NCBI GenBank assembly: GCA_963756005.1
Contig: CAVWMC010000008.1
Coordinates: 541,125-605,124 of the forward strand
Direction: 5' to 3'
From: an uncultured delta proteobacterium
GTDB taxonomy: Bacteria > Desulfobacterota > Binatia > Binatales > Binataceae
Length of the DNA: 64,000 bases
Shown: piece after piece, positions 1 through 10,749 of the stretch
Layout: each line of letters begins with the position of its first letter
Position numbering within the stretch: the first letter of the stretch is position 1
The notes under the pieces: generated by a model
Told to the model about the DNA's origin: nothing
Databases searched by the model: none
The model's input: the letters and a program-made list of their open reading frames with translations, nothing else
Translations under genes and position numbers: made by a program

Positions 1-1193
1 CCGAACGTATCGTCACCGAGGCGCTGGCCGCGGTCGGCGTCGCCGATGTGGTGGTCTTCATCTTCGATGGCAGAGGCGGCCTCAGCGAGGCCGACTCCGA
101 GGCGCTCGCGCTGGTGCGCGAAACCGGGTGTCCGCTGATCATGGCGGTCAACAAGATCGATCGCCCGGGGCAGGAGTCCGAAGCGTCCGAGTTTTACGCG
201 CTCGGCGGCGACGAATTGTTTTTCATCTCGGCCGCGCATGGACGCGGCGTCGATGAGCTGCTCGATCAGGTAGTCGCGCGGCTGCCTGAGCGCGCAAGCG
301 CCGCGGCCGCGTCGCCGGATTTGAGGCTCGCGCTTATAGGCCGTCCCAACGTCGGCAAGTCGTCGATCCTCAATCGGCTGTCAGGATTCGATCGCGCGAT
401 CGTGGACGACACTCCCGGCACGACCCGCGATCCGGTGGACGTACGGCTGACTTCGCACGGCCGCGACGTGCTGCTGATCGACACGGCCGGAATCCGCCGG
501 CCGCCGAAAGTCGAGGGTGAGCTCGAGCATCATTCGGTCGGCCGCGCGATCGAAACGATTCGGCGCGCCAACGTCGTGCTGCTGGTGATCGACGCCAGCG
601 AAGGAATCACCGATCAGGACGCGCGGTTGGCGCGGCTGGTGGACACCAGCGATCGCGCGATGGTGATCGTGTGCAACAAGTGGGACGTCGCGGCGAAGCA
701 GGGGCGCAAGCTCGCGACTTTTGTTCGCGACGCGCACGAGCGCTATCCCTTCCTCGAGTACGCGTCGATGGTGATTACGTCGGCGGTCACCGGCGACGGC
801 GTCGATGGGATCATCCCGGCGGCAATCGCGGCGGGCGATTCGTGGCGCGCGGTGTTTCAAACCTCGATGCTCAATCGCACGCTGGCGGAGGCGACGGCCG
901 CGATGGACCCGCCGCAAGTCGATCGCCGGCGCTTGAACCTGATGTACGTGACGCAAGTCGGCAACGCGCCGCCGCGCCTCCGATTTTTCACCAACGTCGA
1001 ACGCGGCATCCCGGCGCATTACGTACGCTTCATCGAAACGCGTTTTCGCAAATCGCTGGGGCTGGTCGGCACGCCGCTGCGACTGGACTTTAAGCGCACC
1101 GGCCGCTCGTGGGTGCAAGGCGCTCCGCCGCGCCCGACGCGCGGCAAGCCGCGCAACCGTCCCGCACCACGAACGAAGCCGGCGCGCGCGTGA
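1..1193 (+). CDS. der: ribosome-biogenesis GTPase Der (EngA), 5'-truncated at window edge
   Basis: Frame is open from position 3. Translation [31 protein letters not shown]...[16 protein letters not shown] gives the second GTP-binding domain (GxxxxGKS) and a KH-like C-terminus typical of Der. Confidence 0.9.
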   Translation, partial: ERIVTEALAAVGVADVVVFIFDGRGGLSEADSEALALVRETGCPLIMAVNKIDRPGQESEASEFYALGGDELFFISAAHGRGVDELLDQVVARLPERASAAAASPDLRLALIGRPNVGKSSILNRLSGFDRAIVDDTPGTTRDPVDVRLTSHGRDVLLIDTAGIRRPPKVEGELEHHSVGRAIETIRRANVVLLVIDASEGITDQDARLARLVDTSDRAMVIVCNKWDVAAKQGRKLATFVRDAHERYPFLEYASMVITSAVTGDGVDGIIPAAIAAGDSWRAVFQTSMLNRTLAEATAAMDPPQVDRRRLNLMYVTQVGNAPPRLRFFTNVERGIPAHYVRFIETRFRKSLGLVGTPLRLDFKRTGRSWVQGAPPRPTRGKPRNRPAPRTKPARA

Positions 1194-1261
1194 TGCTTGT
1201 GGACCGGCGAGCGCGACGGCATTTCGTATGCCGCGCGGCGTCCGGTATATTTCAATGTACA

Positions 1262-2791
1262 GTGATTCTGATTTTAGATTTCGGCAGCCAGTACACGCAG
1301 CTGATCGGGCGGCGCGTGCGCGAAGCGAACGTGTATTGCGAAATCCATCCATTTAATTTCGCGCCTGAAAAAATCCGCGCGCTGAATCCGCGCGGGATAA
1401 TTCTCTCCGGCGGACCCGCCAGTCTCTACGATGACAACGCGCCCGACATCGCCGACGAAGTGCTGAGTCTCGGCTGTCCGGTGCTCGGAATCTGCTACGG
1501 GCTCTACGTGATCGCGCAGCACATGGGCGCGCGCAGCGTGAGCTCGCGTCAGCGCGAGTACGGACCGGCGACGCTCGTGATCGATGGCGACGACACGCTG
1601 TTCGAGGGGCTCGAGGGCCGCGAGCATCGCGTATGGATGAGTCACGGCGATCGCGTCGAGGCGATTCCGGGGACCCTCTGCGCAATCGCGCATAGCGACA
1701 ACTCGCCGTATGCCGCGTTCAAGTCGCGCGACGGGCGCATGCGCGGAATCCAGTTTCATCCCGAGGTCGTGCACACGCCGTGCGGCACGCAGGTGCTGCG
1801 CAACTTCGTGCTGAAAATTTGCGGTGAGCGCGGCGACTGGACGATGGCGAATTTCGTCGAGACCAAGCTCGCCGAGATTCGCAAACAGGTCGGACCGGCG
1901 GAAAAGGTGCTGATGGGCCTGTCGGGCGGCGTCGATTCCTCCGTCGCCGCCGCGCTGATCCATCGCGCGATCGGCCCGCGGCTGCATTGCGTGTTCGTCG
2001 ATACGGGACTTTTGCGCGCGGGCGAGCGCGAGCGCATGGAAAATACCTTCGCCGGTCAGCTCGGGATCGATCTCAAGGTGACGGATGCATCGGAGCTGTT
2101 CTTGTCGCGACTCGCGGGCGTGCTCGACCCCGAGCAGAAGCGGCGCATCATCGGTCACACCTTCATCGACGTGTTTGAATCCGAGGACGTGGTTAAAGGC
2201 GCTAAATTTCTCGGCCAGGGCACGCTCTATCCCGACGTGATCGAATCGGTGTCGTTCAAGGGCCCGTCCGCAGTGATCAAGAGTCATCACAATGTCGGCG
2301 GATTGCCCGAGCGGATGCGCCTCGAACTGGTCGAGCCGTTGCGCGAGTTGTTCAAAGATGAAGTGCGCGAAGCGGGGCGCCAGCTCGGACTAGCGGCGGA
2401 AGTCGTCGAGCGCGAGCCGTTTCCAGGGCCGGGGCTGGCGGTGCGAATCGTCGGCGAGGTTACGCGTGATCGGCTCGATCTGCTGCGGCGCGCCGACGCG
2501 ATCGTCATTGAAGAAACCGCGGCCGCCGGCTTCGGACTCAAACTGTGGCAGGCCTTCGCGGTCCTGCTGCCGCTTAAGACGGTCGGCGTGATGGGCGACG
2601 GACGCAGCTACGAAAGCGTGATTGCGATTCGCGCGGTCGAGTCGATGGACGGGATGACGGCGGACTGGGCGCGGCTGGACCCGGCGTTTCTCGCGCGCGT
2701 GTCGAGCCGCATCACCAACGAAGTGAAGGGCGTCAACCGCGTCGTTTACGACATCACGTCGAAGCCGCCGGCGACGATCGAGTGGGAGTGA
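1262..2791 (+). CDS. guaA: GMP synthase (glutamine-hydrolysing)
   Basis: Begins (GTG)ILILDFGSQYTQLIGRRVRE, has a GATase domain with catalytic Cys (GICYG), an ATP-PPase SGGVDSSV motif and ends PATIEWE. GTG at 1262 is chosen as start over the longer ORF at 1109. Confidence 0.93.
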   Translation: MILILDFGSQYTQLIGRRVREANVYCEIHPFNFAPEKIRALNPRGIILSGGPASLYDDNAPDIADEVLSLGCPVLGICYGLYVIAQHMGARSVSSRQREYGPATLVIDGDDTLFEGLEGREHRVWMSHGDRVEAIPGTLCAIAHSDNSPYAAFKSRDGRMRGIQFHPEVVHTPCGTQVLRNFVLKICGERGDWTMANFVETKLAEIRKQVGPAEKVLMGLSGGVDSSVAAALIHRAIGPRLHCVFVDTGLLRAGERERMENTFAGQLGIDLKVTDASELFLSRLAGVLDPEQKRRIIGHTFIDVFESEDVVKGAKFLGQGTLYPDVIESVSFKGPSAVIKSHHNVGGLPERMRLELVEPLRELFKDEVREAGRQLGLAAEVVEREPFPGPGLAVRIVGEVTRDRLDLLRRADAIVIEETAAAGFGLKLWQAFAVLLPLKTVGVMGDGRSYESVIAIRAVESMDGMTADWARLDPAFLARVSSRITNEVKGVNRVVYDITSKPPATIEWE

Positions 2792-4239
2792 CTGTGACGG
2801 TTCGCACACGTTTCGCGCCGAGTCCGACCGGCTCGCTGCACATCGGCAACGTCCGCTCGGGGCTGTTCGCGTATCTTTACGCGCGGCACAACCACGGCAC
2901 ATTTATTTTGCGCATCGACGACACCGATCTCGAGCGCTCGTCGAAGGAGTCGCTCGAGGAGCAGCTTGCGGACTTGAAATGGCTCGGGATGGAATGGGAC
3001 GAAGGCCCGCCCGACGAGACCTACTTTCAGACTAATCGAGTCGCGCGGCATCGCGAGGCGGCGCTGAAACTTTTGCGCGAGCGCAAGGCGTATCCATGCT
3101 ACTGCTCTGCCGAAGAACTCGACGCCAAGCGCAAGCAGGCCGAACGCGAGCATCGCCGGCCGGTGTACGATCGCAAATGCCGCGGCCTCGACTTGCCCCC
3201 GGACCTCGCGCTGCCGGATAAATCCGCCGGCCGCAACTATACGATCCGATTCGCGATGCCGCTCGACGGCGAAACGGTCCTCGACGATCTGGTGAAGGGC
3301 CGCATCGTCTTTCAGAACAGCGAGCTCGACGACTTTATCATCGTGCGTTCGGACGGCTCGCCGATCTACAACTTCGCCAGCATCCTCGACGACGTTGACA
3401 TGCACGTGACGCACATCGTTCGCGGCGACGACCACGTCTCGAATACGCCGCGCCAGATGCAGATGGCGTACGCGCTCGGCTTCACGCCGCCGGCCTTCGC
3501 GCATCTGCCGCAGGTGATGGGCCCCGACGGCTCGAAGCTGTCCAAGCGTCACGGCGCGACCTCGGTCGTCGCCTATCGCGAGGCCGGTTATTTTCCGGAG
3601 GCGCTGCTGAACTACCTCGCGCGGCTGGGATGGTCGCATGGCGATCAGGAAATTTTCTCGAAGGACGAGCTGATCAAGTTTTTCGGTTTCGAGGCGTGCG
3701 GCACCTCCGCCGGAGTTTTCAACGCCGAGAAATTGCTCTGGCTTAATTTTCACTACCTGAAGGCGCGGCCGCTTCCGCAGCTGGTCGCCGAGGTCAAGCC
3801 ATTCATCGCCAGCCGTGGCTGGACGATTCCGGGCGATGATGCCTGGCTCGCGAAAGCCGTCGCGACGCTGCACGAGCGCGCCAAAACGCTGGTCGAGCTG
3901 GTGGACTTCGCATCGTTCTATCTAAACGACGACATCGAGCTCGATGCGAAGGCGGCGGCGAAATTCCTGAAGCCCGAAATCGCGGAACCATTGCGTGCGC
4001 TCGCGGCTGAACTCGCGGAATGCGCGGGCGAGTTCAACGAAGCGGAGGTGCAAGCCGTATTCGAGTCCGTCCTGGCGCGCTTCAATCTCAAACTCGGACA
4101 ACTCGCGCAGCCGGTCCGCGTCGCCCTTACCGGCGGCACCGTCAGTCCGGGGATTTACGAGGTGATCGCGGTGATCGGCAAACGCCGCACCGTCGATCGC
4201 ATGAACGCCGCCGTCGCTCGAATCGAGCATCCAGCCTGA
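2782..4239 (+). CDS. gltX: glutamyl-tRNA synthetase
   Basis: RFAPSPTGSLHIGNVRSGLF (HIGH motif) and KLSKRHG (KMSKS motif), with class I GluRS architecture. Overlaps the guaA stop. Confidence 0.95.
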   Translation: MGVTVTVRTRFAPSPTGSLHIGNVRSGLFAYLYARHNHGTFILRIDDTDLERSSKESLEEQLADLKWLGMEWDEGPPDETYFQTNRVARHREAALKLLRERKAYPCYCSAEELDAKRKQAEREHRRPVYDRKCRGLDLPPDLALPDKSAGRNYTIRFAMPLDGETVLDDLVKGRIVFQNSELDDFIIVRSDGSPIYNFASILDDVDMHVTHIVRGDDHVSNTPRQMQMAYALGFTPPAFAHLPQVMGPDGSKLSKRHGATSVVAYREAGYFPEALLNYLARLGWSHGDQEIFSKDELIKFFGFEACGTSAGVFNAEKLLWLNFHYLKARPLPQLVAEVKPFIASRGWTIPGDDAWLAKAVATLHERAKTLVELVDFASFYLNDDIELDAKAAAKFLKPEIAEPLRALAAELAECAGEFNEAEVQAVFESVLARFNLKLGQLAQPVRVALTGGTVSPGIYEVIAVIGKRRTVDRMNAAVARIEHPA

Positions 4240-4242
4240 GGA

Positions 4243-4770
4243 TCACTTCGAGTTCGTTGGCGGCAGCACCAGGATTTGCCCGTTCATTTCCGGCTGATGC
4301 ACCGCGCAGTAGAAGTTGAAGATTCCGTCCTTGTGAAAGGTGAACACATACGAGGTCTTCGTCAGCGGCAGCAGCTTCAGATGCATCAGCACGGTTGAGT
4401 CGGGCGCGGCGAGCATGAAATCGTGCTCGTCGTCGGATTGCAGATTCCAGAACGTGAGCATCGTCGGCACTTCGCGACGCACCGCGATGAAGGTCGGCGA
4501 GAATGCGTACACCTCGCCGAATTTCGCCACCGTCTCCTTGGGCCCGGTCTCCTTAATCGCGACCGCCTCGGTCAGCACGATCACCTCGGCTTCCGGCTTG
4601 CCTTCCTTCGCGACAGAAACGATCTTCGACGCCGCGGCATCCGGCAGGTAGAAGTTCTTGTCCATCGGCGGCGCCGCTGAAGCGCTCGCGACATACATGA
4701 GCGTCGCCAAAATTACCAAAGCCGTTTTCACGACTTGTCGAAGTTCGCGCGCCACTTCCCAGCTACTCAT
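4243..4770 (-). CDS. secreted cupredoxin-like (type 1 blue copper) protein
   Basis: Signal peptide MSSWEVARELRQVVKTALVILATLMYVASASA|AP. C-terminal CAVHQPEMNG has the C-x2-H-x3-M copper-ligand pattern of plastocyanin/azurin-like domains. Start chosen at the internal Met of ORF 4243..4809. Confidence 0.55.
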   Translation of the reverse strand: MSSWEVARELRQVVKTALVILATLMYVASASAAPPMDKNFYLPDAAASKIVSVAKEGKPEAEVIVLTEAVAIKETGPKETVAKFGEVYAFSPTFIAVRREVPTMLTFWNLQSDDEHDFMLAAPDSTVLMHLKLLPLTKTSYVFTFHKDGIFNFYCAVHQPEMNGQILVLPPTNSK

Positions 4771-4790
4771 CCAAATAGTACCTTGGGTGC

Positions 4791-5393
4791 ATGAGTGTAC
4801 TCGTACCATATGTAGTCGAGCAGACCGGCCGCGGCGAGCGTTCCTACGACATCTATTCGCGCCTGCTCAAGGACCGCATCGTGTTCCTGGGCGGCACCGT
4901 CACCGATGACCTCGCCAACCTGGTCACCGCGCAGCTCCTGTTCCTCGAGTCTGAGGATCCCGAGCGCGAGATCAATATGTACATCAACTCGCCGGGCGGC
5001 TCGGTCACCGCCGGCCTTGCGATCTACGACACCATGCAGTTCGTGAAGCCACCGGTCTCGACCCTGTGCGTAGGCCAGGCCGCCAGCATGGGATCGCTCT
5101 TGTTGGCCGCAGGAGCCAAGGGCAAACGATACGCGCTGCCGCACTCGCGCATTTTGATCCATCAAGTCTCCGGCGGATTCGAAGGGCAGGCGAGCGATAT
5201 CGAGATTCACGCGCGCGAGGCATTGCGCCTTCGCGAAATCCTGAACGAGATCCTTGCTCATCACACCGGCCAGAACGTCAAGAAGATCGAGAAGGACACC
5301 GACCGCGACAATTTCATGTCCGCGGCGCAAGCAGTCGAGTACGGCCTCATCGACGAAGTGATCTCGGGCCGGCCAGTCAAGGCGACGTTGTAG
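4791..5393 (+). CDS. clpP: ATP-dependent Clp protease proteolytic subunit
   Basis: [56 protein letters not shown]...[11 protein letters not shown] contains the Ser-His-Asp triad context of ClpP. Confidence 0.95.
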   Translation: MSVLVPYVVEQTGRGERSYDIYSRLLKDRIVFLGGTVTDDLANLVTAQLLFLESEDPEREINMYINSPGGSVTAGLAIYDTMQFVKPPVSTLCVGQAASMGSLLLAAGAKGKRYALPHSRILIHQVSGGFEGQASDIEIHAREALRLREILNEILAHHTGQNVKKIEKDTDRDNFMSAAQAVEYGLIDEVISGRPVKATL

Positions 5394-7134
5394 CCTGGAG
5401 CAACGGGCCGTCGCTGCCGAGCATCGCGCGCCTGATCAGTTTGATCGGAATGGCGCCCTGCTTGAGAAACGCGTCGTGGAACTTGCCGAGGTCGAAAGCG
5501 GCGCCCTGCTGTTTGCGCACGTCCTCGCGCAATTTCAGGATCATCAGCTTGCCCAGTTGATAACGCAGGTAGCCGGGATCGCCGGTGCCGCGCAGCGCCT
5601 CGACCATCGCGTTATGCGGCGTCTGGTAGGCGTTGTCCTCGAAAAATTTCGTCGCCTGCTCGACCGTCATCCCCTGCGTATGCATCCTGATGCCGACGAG
5701 GTAGCGGCACGCGCGCATCAACGCCATCTGCAACTGCGCCAGCCGGTATTTCGGATCGCCGTCATGCAACCCTTCGTCGAGCATCATCTGCTCGCAGTAT
5801 AAACCCCAACCCTCGATGTCCGCGCCCGATCCGTAAATCAGGCGAACGATGTCGGGGTTGTGCCGGTTGTTGAGGAACTGCACGTAATGCCCGGGGAAGA
5901 CCTCGTGCACCGAGGTGTCCGAAATGCTTGGCGCGGAAAAGAAAGCGAGCAGTTGCTCCTTCTTCGCGTCGGGCCACGACGGGTCGGGCAGCGTGACGTA
6001 ATAAAATGCCTCGCTCGTTTTCTCGAACGGCCCCGGCGAGTCCATCGACGCGAACGTCGTCGCGCGCGCGTACGGCGGCGTCTCACGCACCATCGGCATC
6101 ACGTCCGACGGGATCGTGGCGATATTATGCGCGATGACGTACGCACGAATGCTCGCGAGGCCCGCCGCGACGGTCGGCAGCACCTCGTTGGTGTCGGGAT
6201 GCACGCGCGAGAGCGATTCCATTACTTCGGCCGGCGAATGCTTCGGGTCAATCAAGGCTGCCGTCTTCTTGAATTCCTCTTGCAGCCGCGCCAACTCCTT
6301 GACGCCCACCTGTTCGAGCTGCGCGAGCGGCATATCGACCATGTCGGCGTCGTTGAGCATTCGCAGATACGCCTCGGCGCCGATCGCGTAGTCGCCCAAG
6401 GACCGCGGCATCAGATCGTTCTTGAGCCATTTGGCATAGTCGTCGAGCGCGGCCGCCAGGTTCGCATTCGCCTTTGCGAACGCCTGCTTGTCGGGACCGT
6501 CGGCGACCTTGGCGAACGCGAGCGAAACATCGTTGTTGAAAAATCCGATCGTCGCCGGCATCTGCTGAAGCGCGATATCGACGAATACCTTCGGCGTCAG
6601 CGCGGGCTTAAGGTTGCGCCGCGCGGCCTCGAGATTTTTCAGCGCCGCCACTTCGCGCGCAGTCACCGACCGCATCCTGACTACCGCTGGCGCGAACTCG
6701 CGCTTGATCAGGGCGTTCACCGCCGAAGTCGGCAGATACATCTCAGGATCGCGCTGGTAGTCGCGGACTTGCTCCGTCCACAACAGTTCGCCGTCCGTAT
6801 GCGCCATCAGCCATTCGCGATCCGCTTCGTTGGTCGGCGAAAGATGGCTCGGGTCGTCCGCTCGAAACAGCGCGATCCATTTGTTCGCGTGACGGATCAC
6901 CGCGTCGATACCCTGCGCGCTCACGTCATCGACCCGATCGTCGAAGCGATGATCCCCCAGATGCGTCGCGCGCTCGGGATAGAGCCGCAGCTCGGCCTCG
7001 ACAAACTGCGCGACCTGCGCCCGGAATGCGCGATCGGCCGCCGACGGTGCGTCGGCAAGCGCCGGCGCCGCGATCGAGACGATCAGGGCGATCGCCGCGA
7101 TCAATCGCGTCGTGAAGGCAGCCGCCGCTTTCAC
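5377..7134 (-). CDS. secreted DUF885-family protein
   Basis: 585 aa with N-terminal signal peptide ([29 protein letters not shown]). The conserved [11 protein letters not shown] motif and overall size match the DUF885 family. Confidence 0.55.
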   Translation of the reverse strand: MKAAAAFTTRLIAAIALIVSIAAPALADAPSAADRAFRAQVAQFVEAELRLYPERATHLGDHRFDDRVDDVSAQGIDAVIRHANKWIALFRADDPSHLSPTNEADREWLMAHTDGELLWTEQVRDYQRDPEMYLPTSAVNALIKREFAPAVVRMRSVTAREVAALKNLEAARRNLKPALTPKVFVDIALQQMPATIGFFNNDVSLAFAKVADGPDKQAFAKANANLAAALDDYAKWLKNDLMPRSLGDYAIGAEAYLRMLNDADMVDMPLAQLEQVGVKELARLQEEFKKTAALIDPKHSPAEVMESLSRVHPDTNEVLPTVAAGLASIRAYVIAHNIATIPSDVMPMVRETPPYARATTFASMDSPGPFEKTSEAFYYVTLPDPSWPDAKKEQLLAFFSAPSISDTSVHEVFPGHYVQFLNNRHNPDIVRLIYGSGADIEGWGLYCEQMMLDEGLHDGDPKYRLAQLQMALMRACRYLVGIRMHTQGMTVEQATKFFEDNAYQTPHNAMVEALRGTGDPGYLRYQLGKLMILKLREDVRKQQGAAFDLGKFHDAFLKQGAIPIKLIRRAMLGSDGPLLQATTSP

Positions 7135-7138
7135 GCTT

Positions 7139-7876
7139 CTACTTCAACGTGCCGGCGAACAACTCGGTGAGCTTCTCGAACGCGCGCTCGGCCTGCGGCT
7201 GGTTGAAAACCGGAGCGTCAGCCGTTGTCCAGCCATGGAACGCGCCATCGTAAACTTCGCTTTCGTATTTTCCGCCCCAGGCGGCCAGCGCGCGATCGAA
7301 CCTTTCGATCGCCTCCTGTGGCATGCTGCGATCCTTGGTCGCATGTCCGAAGTAGAGTCGCGCTTTGATCCGCGGCAGCACGAGATGCGGGCTCGTCGGC
7401 TCATCGCTGTAGAGTCCGCCGCCGTGGAATGAGGCCATCGCCGCGACCTTGTCCGGCATCGCCGCCGCCGTCCGCATCGCCATCGCGCCCGTGAAGCAGT
7501 AGCCGACGACGCCGATCGACGCCGCGCTGACAGCTTTGTGACCCGCGAGAAAATTCACGTAGGCAGTCGCGTCGCGCTCGACCGCGTCAGGAGTCATCGG
7601 CGCCCGCAGCTCGCCGAACCGCTTCATCGTGCGCGCATCGCCCAGCCCAATCGTGACGTCGATGATCGGCGGCTTGGCGGTGCGATAAAACACGTTGGGC
7701 ATCAGCACGGTGTAGCCCTTGTCGGCCAGCCGCCGCGCCATGTCGCGATGCGACTGGCGGATGCCGCCGATGTCCGTCAAATGGATGACGCCGGGCCGCC
7801 GCTCGCCCTCCGTTCGGTAGAGCAGTCCGTCAGCCGTCCCATCGGGTGTCCGAATCTCGATTGCTTCTTCGATCAT
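7139..7876 (-). CDS. dienelactone hydrolase family protein
   Basis: MIEEAIEIRTPDGTADGLLYRTEG...GVVGYCFTGAMAM (nucleophile elbow G-x-C-x-G)...FGHATKDRSMP is typical of DLH alpha/beta hydrolases. Start chosen at an internal Met, giving 246 aa. Transcribed with DUF885 downstream. Confidence 0.75.
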   Translation of the reverse strand: MIEEAIEIRTPDGTADGLLYRTEGERRPGVIHLTDIGGIRQSHRDMARRLADKGYTVLMPNVFYRTAKPPIIDVTIGLGDARTMKRFGELRAPMTPDAVERDATAYVNFLAGHKAVSAASIGVVGYCFTGAMAMRTAAAMPDKVAAMASFHGGGLYSDEPTSPHLVLPRIKARLYFGHATKDRSMPQEAIERFDRALAAWGGKYESEVYDGAFHGWTTADAPVFNQPQAERAFEKLTELFAGTLK

Positions 7877-7962
7877 TTGCCTGCTCCTTGGAGTCTTTTG
7901 GGAGTCTTGCCGAGTCCGATCCATATACCACAGAGCGGGAATCTCTAGCGCTATTGACTGGG

Positions 7963-8786
7963 ATGCCGCAAATCGCGCCGCTTTCATCGGGCGCATTGTA
8001 CTGCGACTATCGCACTTGGGGTGTGCGAATGCCGAGTCGGACTCATCAATTTTACGCGGTGGCGTTCGAGGAGAATTTCTCGCTGCGCCAGATCGCGCCC
8101 GCATTTCCCGAGGCACGAACCTCGCCGCTCGAGATGTTCGTGCCGATCGGGTCCGACGGCGGCCTTTACTTTTTCCCTTTCGGCGCCATCGTCACGCACG
8201 ACGTCCCGGTCGATCAGCGCGAGCGCATCTTCGGCCGCCTGACCCAGGTCCTGCCCAAACTCACCACCCGCATCATCCGCGAGGACTATTCCGTGCTCGA
8301 AGATCCCGCCGCGCCCATCGGCATTTCCAACGGGATGCTGCGAGTCGATAAGCTCACGCCGCAACGCGCCGGAATCGTCGCGCTGACTGTGGGCCAGAGC
8401 GCCGCGATGGAATACTACGAGCGCATCGTGGACAGCCTCTTCGCGCGCACCGCGCAGTTGGTCGATCGGATGGCGACGCGCGGCACCGTGCCGTATCGGA
8501 TTACACCGCTGCATCGCTTCATCGGCGAGGCGATTTCGTCGCGCACCGAAGTTCTCGCCGTGCTCCATCTGCTCGACAAGCCCGACGCCGCATGGGAAGA
8601 CCCCGCGATGGATCTTATCTACGACGACCTGCGCGACGAATTCGACCTGGTCGATCGTTACGCCGCGCTGACCAGCAAGCTCCAAAGCATCCAGGATTCG
8701 CTGGTGCTGGTGCTCGACGTCGCGCGCGACCGCCGCCTGGTCCTGCTCGAAGTCGTGGTCGTGCTGCTGATTCTTGCTGGAAATAA
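7963..8786 (+). CDS. DUF155 (RMD1/Sif2-like) domain protein; 3' end uncertain because no in-frame stop is present
   Basis: FYAVAFEENFSLRQIA...GGLYFFPFGAIVTHDV...EYYERIVD and a C-terminal hydrophobic helix LVLLEVVVVLLILA match DUF155. The ORF frame has no stop and runs through a low-GC, rare-codon stretch into the next gene. Stops in the other two frames at 8768 and 8786 suggest a 1-nt indel near the true end. Confidence 0.5.
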
Positions 8787-8891
8787 TTCTGGGCGTCGTT
8801 CACTTCACCTCGTAACGTTTTTCACGCCGCGCAGTTCACATTGTCGAAACACTGCCCTGCTAGGTTTCGTCCTCCGTTATCGAGGACCTGC

Positions 8892-9330
8892 GATGTCAGA
8901 CGAGACACCATCACCGGAAAAAGCAATCGACGCGGGACTCGTGCTGCCGGGACAGTACGCCGACCTGGTGCGGCGAAGTCACGCAATCGAGGGCGAGCTG
9001 AAACTCTTGCTGGCCGTGCTGGAAGACGCGATTCGATGCTACCTGCGAAACGTCAACGTCAAAGACGGTGAGCGCCGCCGCGACTTCCTCGAAGTCAGGA
9101 GCTGGTTCGACGGCAACCTCGCGGGCGTCCGGCGCGCGGATATTTTCAGCTTCGACAATCTGTGCGCGGCGCTCGGCATCGACCCGCGTTGCCTGCTCGA
9201 CCGCTTGCGGATGCTAACGATCGCCGATCTGCCGTCGCGGCGTTACCAGATGCGCCGGCATCGCCCGCTCGCGAGCCTGCGCAACGCCAACGGCATACGC
9301 AAGCGCCGTAGCGCCCGCATCTTTTCCTGA
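8892..9330 (+). CDS. hypothetical protein
   Basis: ATG at 8892 is preceded by GAGGAC 6 nt upstream. 146 aa (MSDETPSPEKAIDAGLVLPGQYADL...), with GC-rich coding-like codon usage resuming after the low-GC gap. Confidence 0.4.
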
Positions 9331-9336
9331 TACCAA

Positions 9337-9388
9337 GGTGCAGGGGTTACCCCTGCCCAGGGAAGCGTGAAACCACGGCGGGTTTCAC
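9337..9388. terminator. two adjacent GC-rich hairpins between convergent genes (bidirectional terminator candidate)
   Basis: ggtgcaggggttacccctgccc (9337-9357) and gtgaaaccacggcgggtttcac (9366-9388) lie between the + gene ending at 9330 and the - gene ending at 9405. Confidence 0.5.
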
Positions 9389-9404
9389 TAAAATCAAGTT
9401 CCGT

Positions 9405-9917
9405 TTAGTCGAACAACCACCGAGTAGCGCTGCCCTGAAACTCCCCCGGCGCAGCATCGACGCCAATCACCTTGCGCGGCCGCACGCGGAAAATCGGCCC
9501 CATCTCGAGCACCGTCTCCGGCTTCAAATCCCACTGATACTTTGGATTGTAGGCCGCGACGAACCGCCGGATGCTCTTCGCATCGGTGATTTTCTCCGCG
9601 ACGCCTTCGAGCGACACCGCCTCGGTTCCGTCTTCGGGGCAAATGACGCAATTCGGATTCGCCGCGAGGTTGCGAGCCTTGCGCGATTTCGCGCCGCTGC
9701 TGAAGTAGAACGCGTCGTCGAGCCAGACACCCCACACCGGCACGCAATGCGGCCGGCCGTCGGGACAGGTCGTCGCGACCCAGTAATTGCGCGAACGCGT
9801 CAATCTCTCGACGGCCCACTTCCACGGCAACAGCCCGCGCCCGCCTTCCGCGTCAAGGATCCCGTAGCCGGGCATATAAGGCCGGCTCGCTTGAGGCATC
9901 GCCCGCTTGGTCGCCAT
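9405..9917 (-). CDS. pyridoxamine 5'-phosphate oxidase family (FMN-binding split-barrel) protein
   Basis: MATKRAMPQASRPYMPGYGILDAEGGRGLLPWKWAVERL...YWVATTCPDGRPHCVPVWGVWLDDAFYFSS resembles PNPOx-like / general stress protein 26 family members. Confidence 0.55.
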   Translation of the reverse strand: MATKRAMPQASRPYMPGYGILDAEGGRGLLPWKWAVERLTRSRNYWVATTCPDGRPHCVPVWGVWLDDAFYFSSGAKSRKARNLAANPNCVICPEDGTEAVSLEGVAEKITDAKSIRRFVAAYNPKYQWDLKPETVLEMGPIFRVRPRKVIGVDAAPGEFQGSATRWLFD

Positions 9918-9942
9918 GGCGCTAACGCGGTTGCTTATCTTC

Positions 9943-10257
9943 TTAGGACGCGCGCAGACGGACGCGCCGGTTGCCGAAGGTCGCGATGATTTCCACACGT
10001 CCACCTAGCGCGTGCACGTACTCTCGCAGGGTCGAGAGGCGATAGTCGTCGCGCTTTTCCAGCCGCGAGATTTCAGATTGCGCAGACTTGAGTGCTTCCG
10101 CCATTTGCTCCTGTGTCAGGCCGGCGGCAACTCGTAGCTCGCGGAGATCCATCTCGGTCACTGCGGCAGCAACGCGGCTGTCCAATGCAGCAATCTGTTC
10201 GGGCGTTCGCCGCTCAGCGAGCACCTCACGCCAACGTTTTGTTCTCATAACTCGCAC
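9943..10257 (-). CDS. HTH (XRE-family) antitoxin, HigA-like
   Basis: LRELRVAAGLTQEQMAEALKSAQSEISRLEKRDDYRLSTLREYVHALGGRVEI is a canonical XRE helix-turn-helix. Lies immediately downstream of the RelE/HigB-like toxin in the same orientation. Confidence 0.6.
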   Translation of the reverse strand: MRVMRTKRWREVLAERRTPEQIAALDSRVAAAVTEMDLRELRVAAGLTQEQMAEALKSAQSEISRLEKRDDYRLSTLREYVHALGGRVEIIATFGNRRVRLRAS

Positions 10258-10309
10258 ACCTCTCAGTCTGAACGATTGCGGGGTCGTATCGCGCCCCTGG
10301 CTTCAGATT

Positions 10310-10639
10310 TCACTTACCAGCCAGGTAGTCGCTCCAAAGCGCCGTTGCCTCAGCGATCATCTTTCGATAGAAGCGGTCATCTCCGGTTTTATCACCACCC
10401 GTCAGCAGCACGGCCTGGCGGACGGGATCGAAAGCATAGAAGACCCGAAGCGGCTGCCCGCCTGACTGGACGCGCAGTTCGCGCAATTCTGAGCCGAGAA
10501 TCTTGCTGCTATGCGGTGAACCAAGCGTCACGCCAAATTGCTCCAACAATCCCACTGAAAATTCGACCGCGTCCGCGTCCTTCTCATCCAGCGAACGATA
10601 CCAGTCTGTGAACTGATCGGTCACGACGATCTCCGTCAT
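10310..10639 (-). CDS. type II toxin, RelE/ParE superfamily (HigB-like / Gp49-like addiction-module killer)
   Basis: MTEIVVTDQFTDWYRSLDEKDADAVEFSVGLLEQFGVTLGSPHSSKILGSELRELRVQSGGQPLRVFYAFDPVRQAVLLTGGDKTG matches Gp49-like HigB toxins. Toxin-first gene order. The upstream part of the track ORF is actually the tRNA-Phe gene. Confidence 0.65.
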   Translation of the reverse strand: MTEIVVTDQFTDWYRSLDEKDADAVEFSVGLLEQFGVTLGSPHSSKILGSELRELRVQSGGQPLRVFYAFDPVRQAVLLTGGDKTGDDRFYRKMIAEATALWSDYLAGK

Positions 10640-10749
10640 CCCTCTCAACCCCCGGTTCGCTGGATGGAATATAGCGTCGAGAGCATATGCTGTCAAGGGT
10701 ATTTTTTTGGGGCGACCCCAATCACCACTTTTGTGTATGCGGATTATGT

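Noticed and set aside
7846-9330. Single 494-aa fusion protein
   Set aside because: The middle section has low GC and rare codons, a good RBS and ATG occur at 8892, and DUF155 proteins are ~270-290 aa. It is treated as two genes with a lost stop. This remains uncertain.
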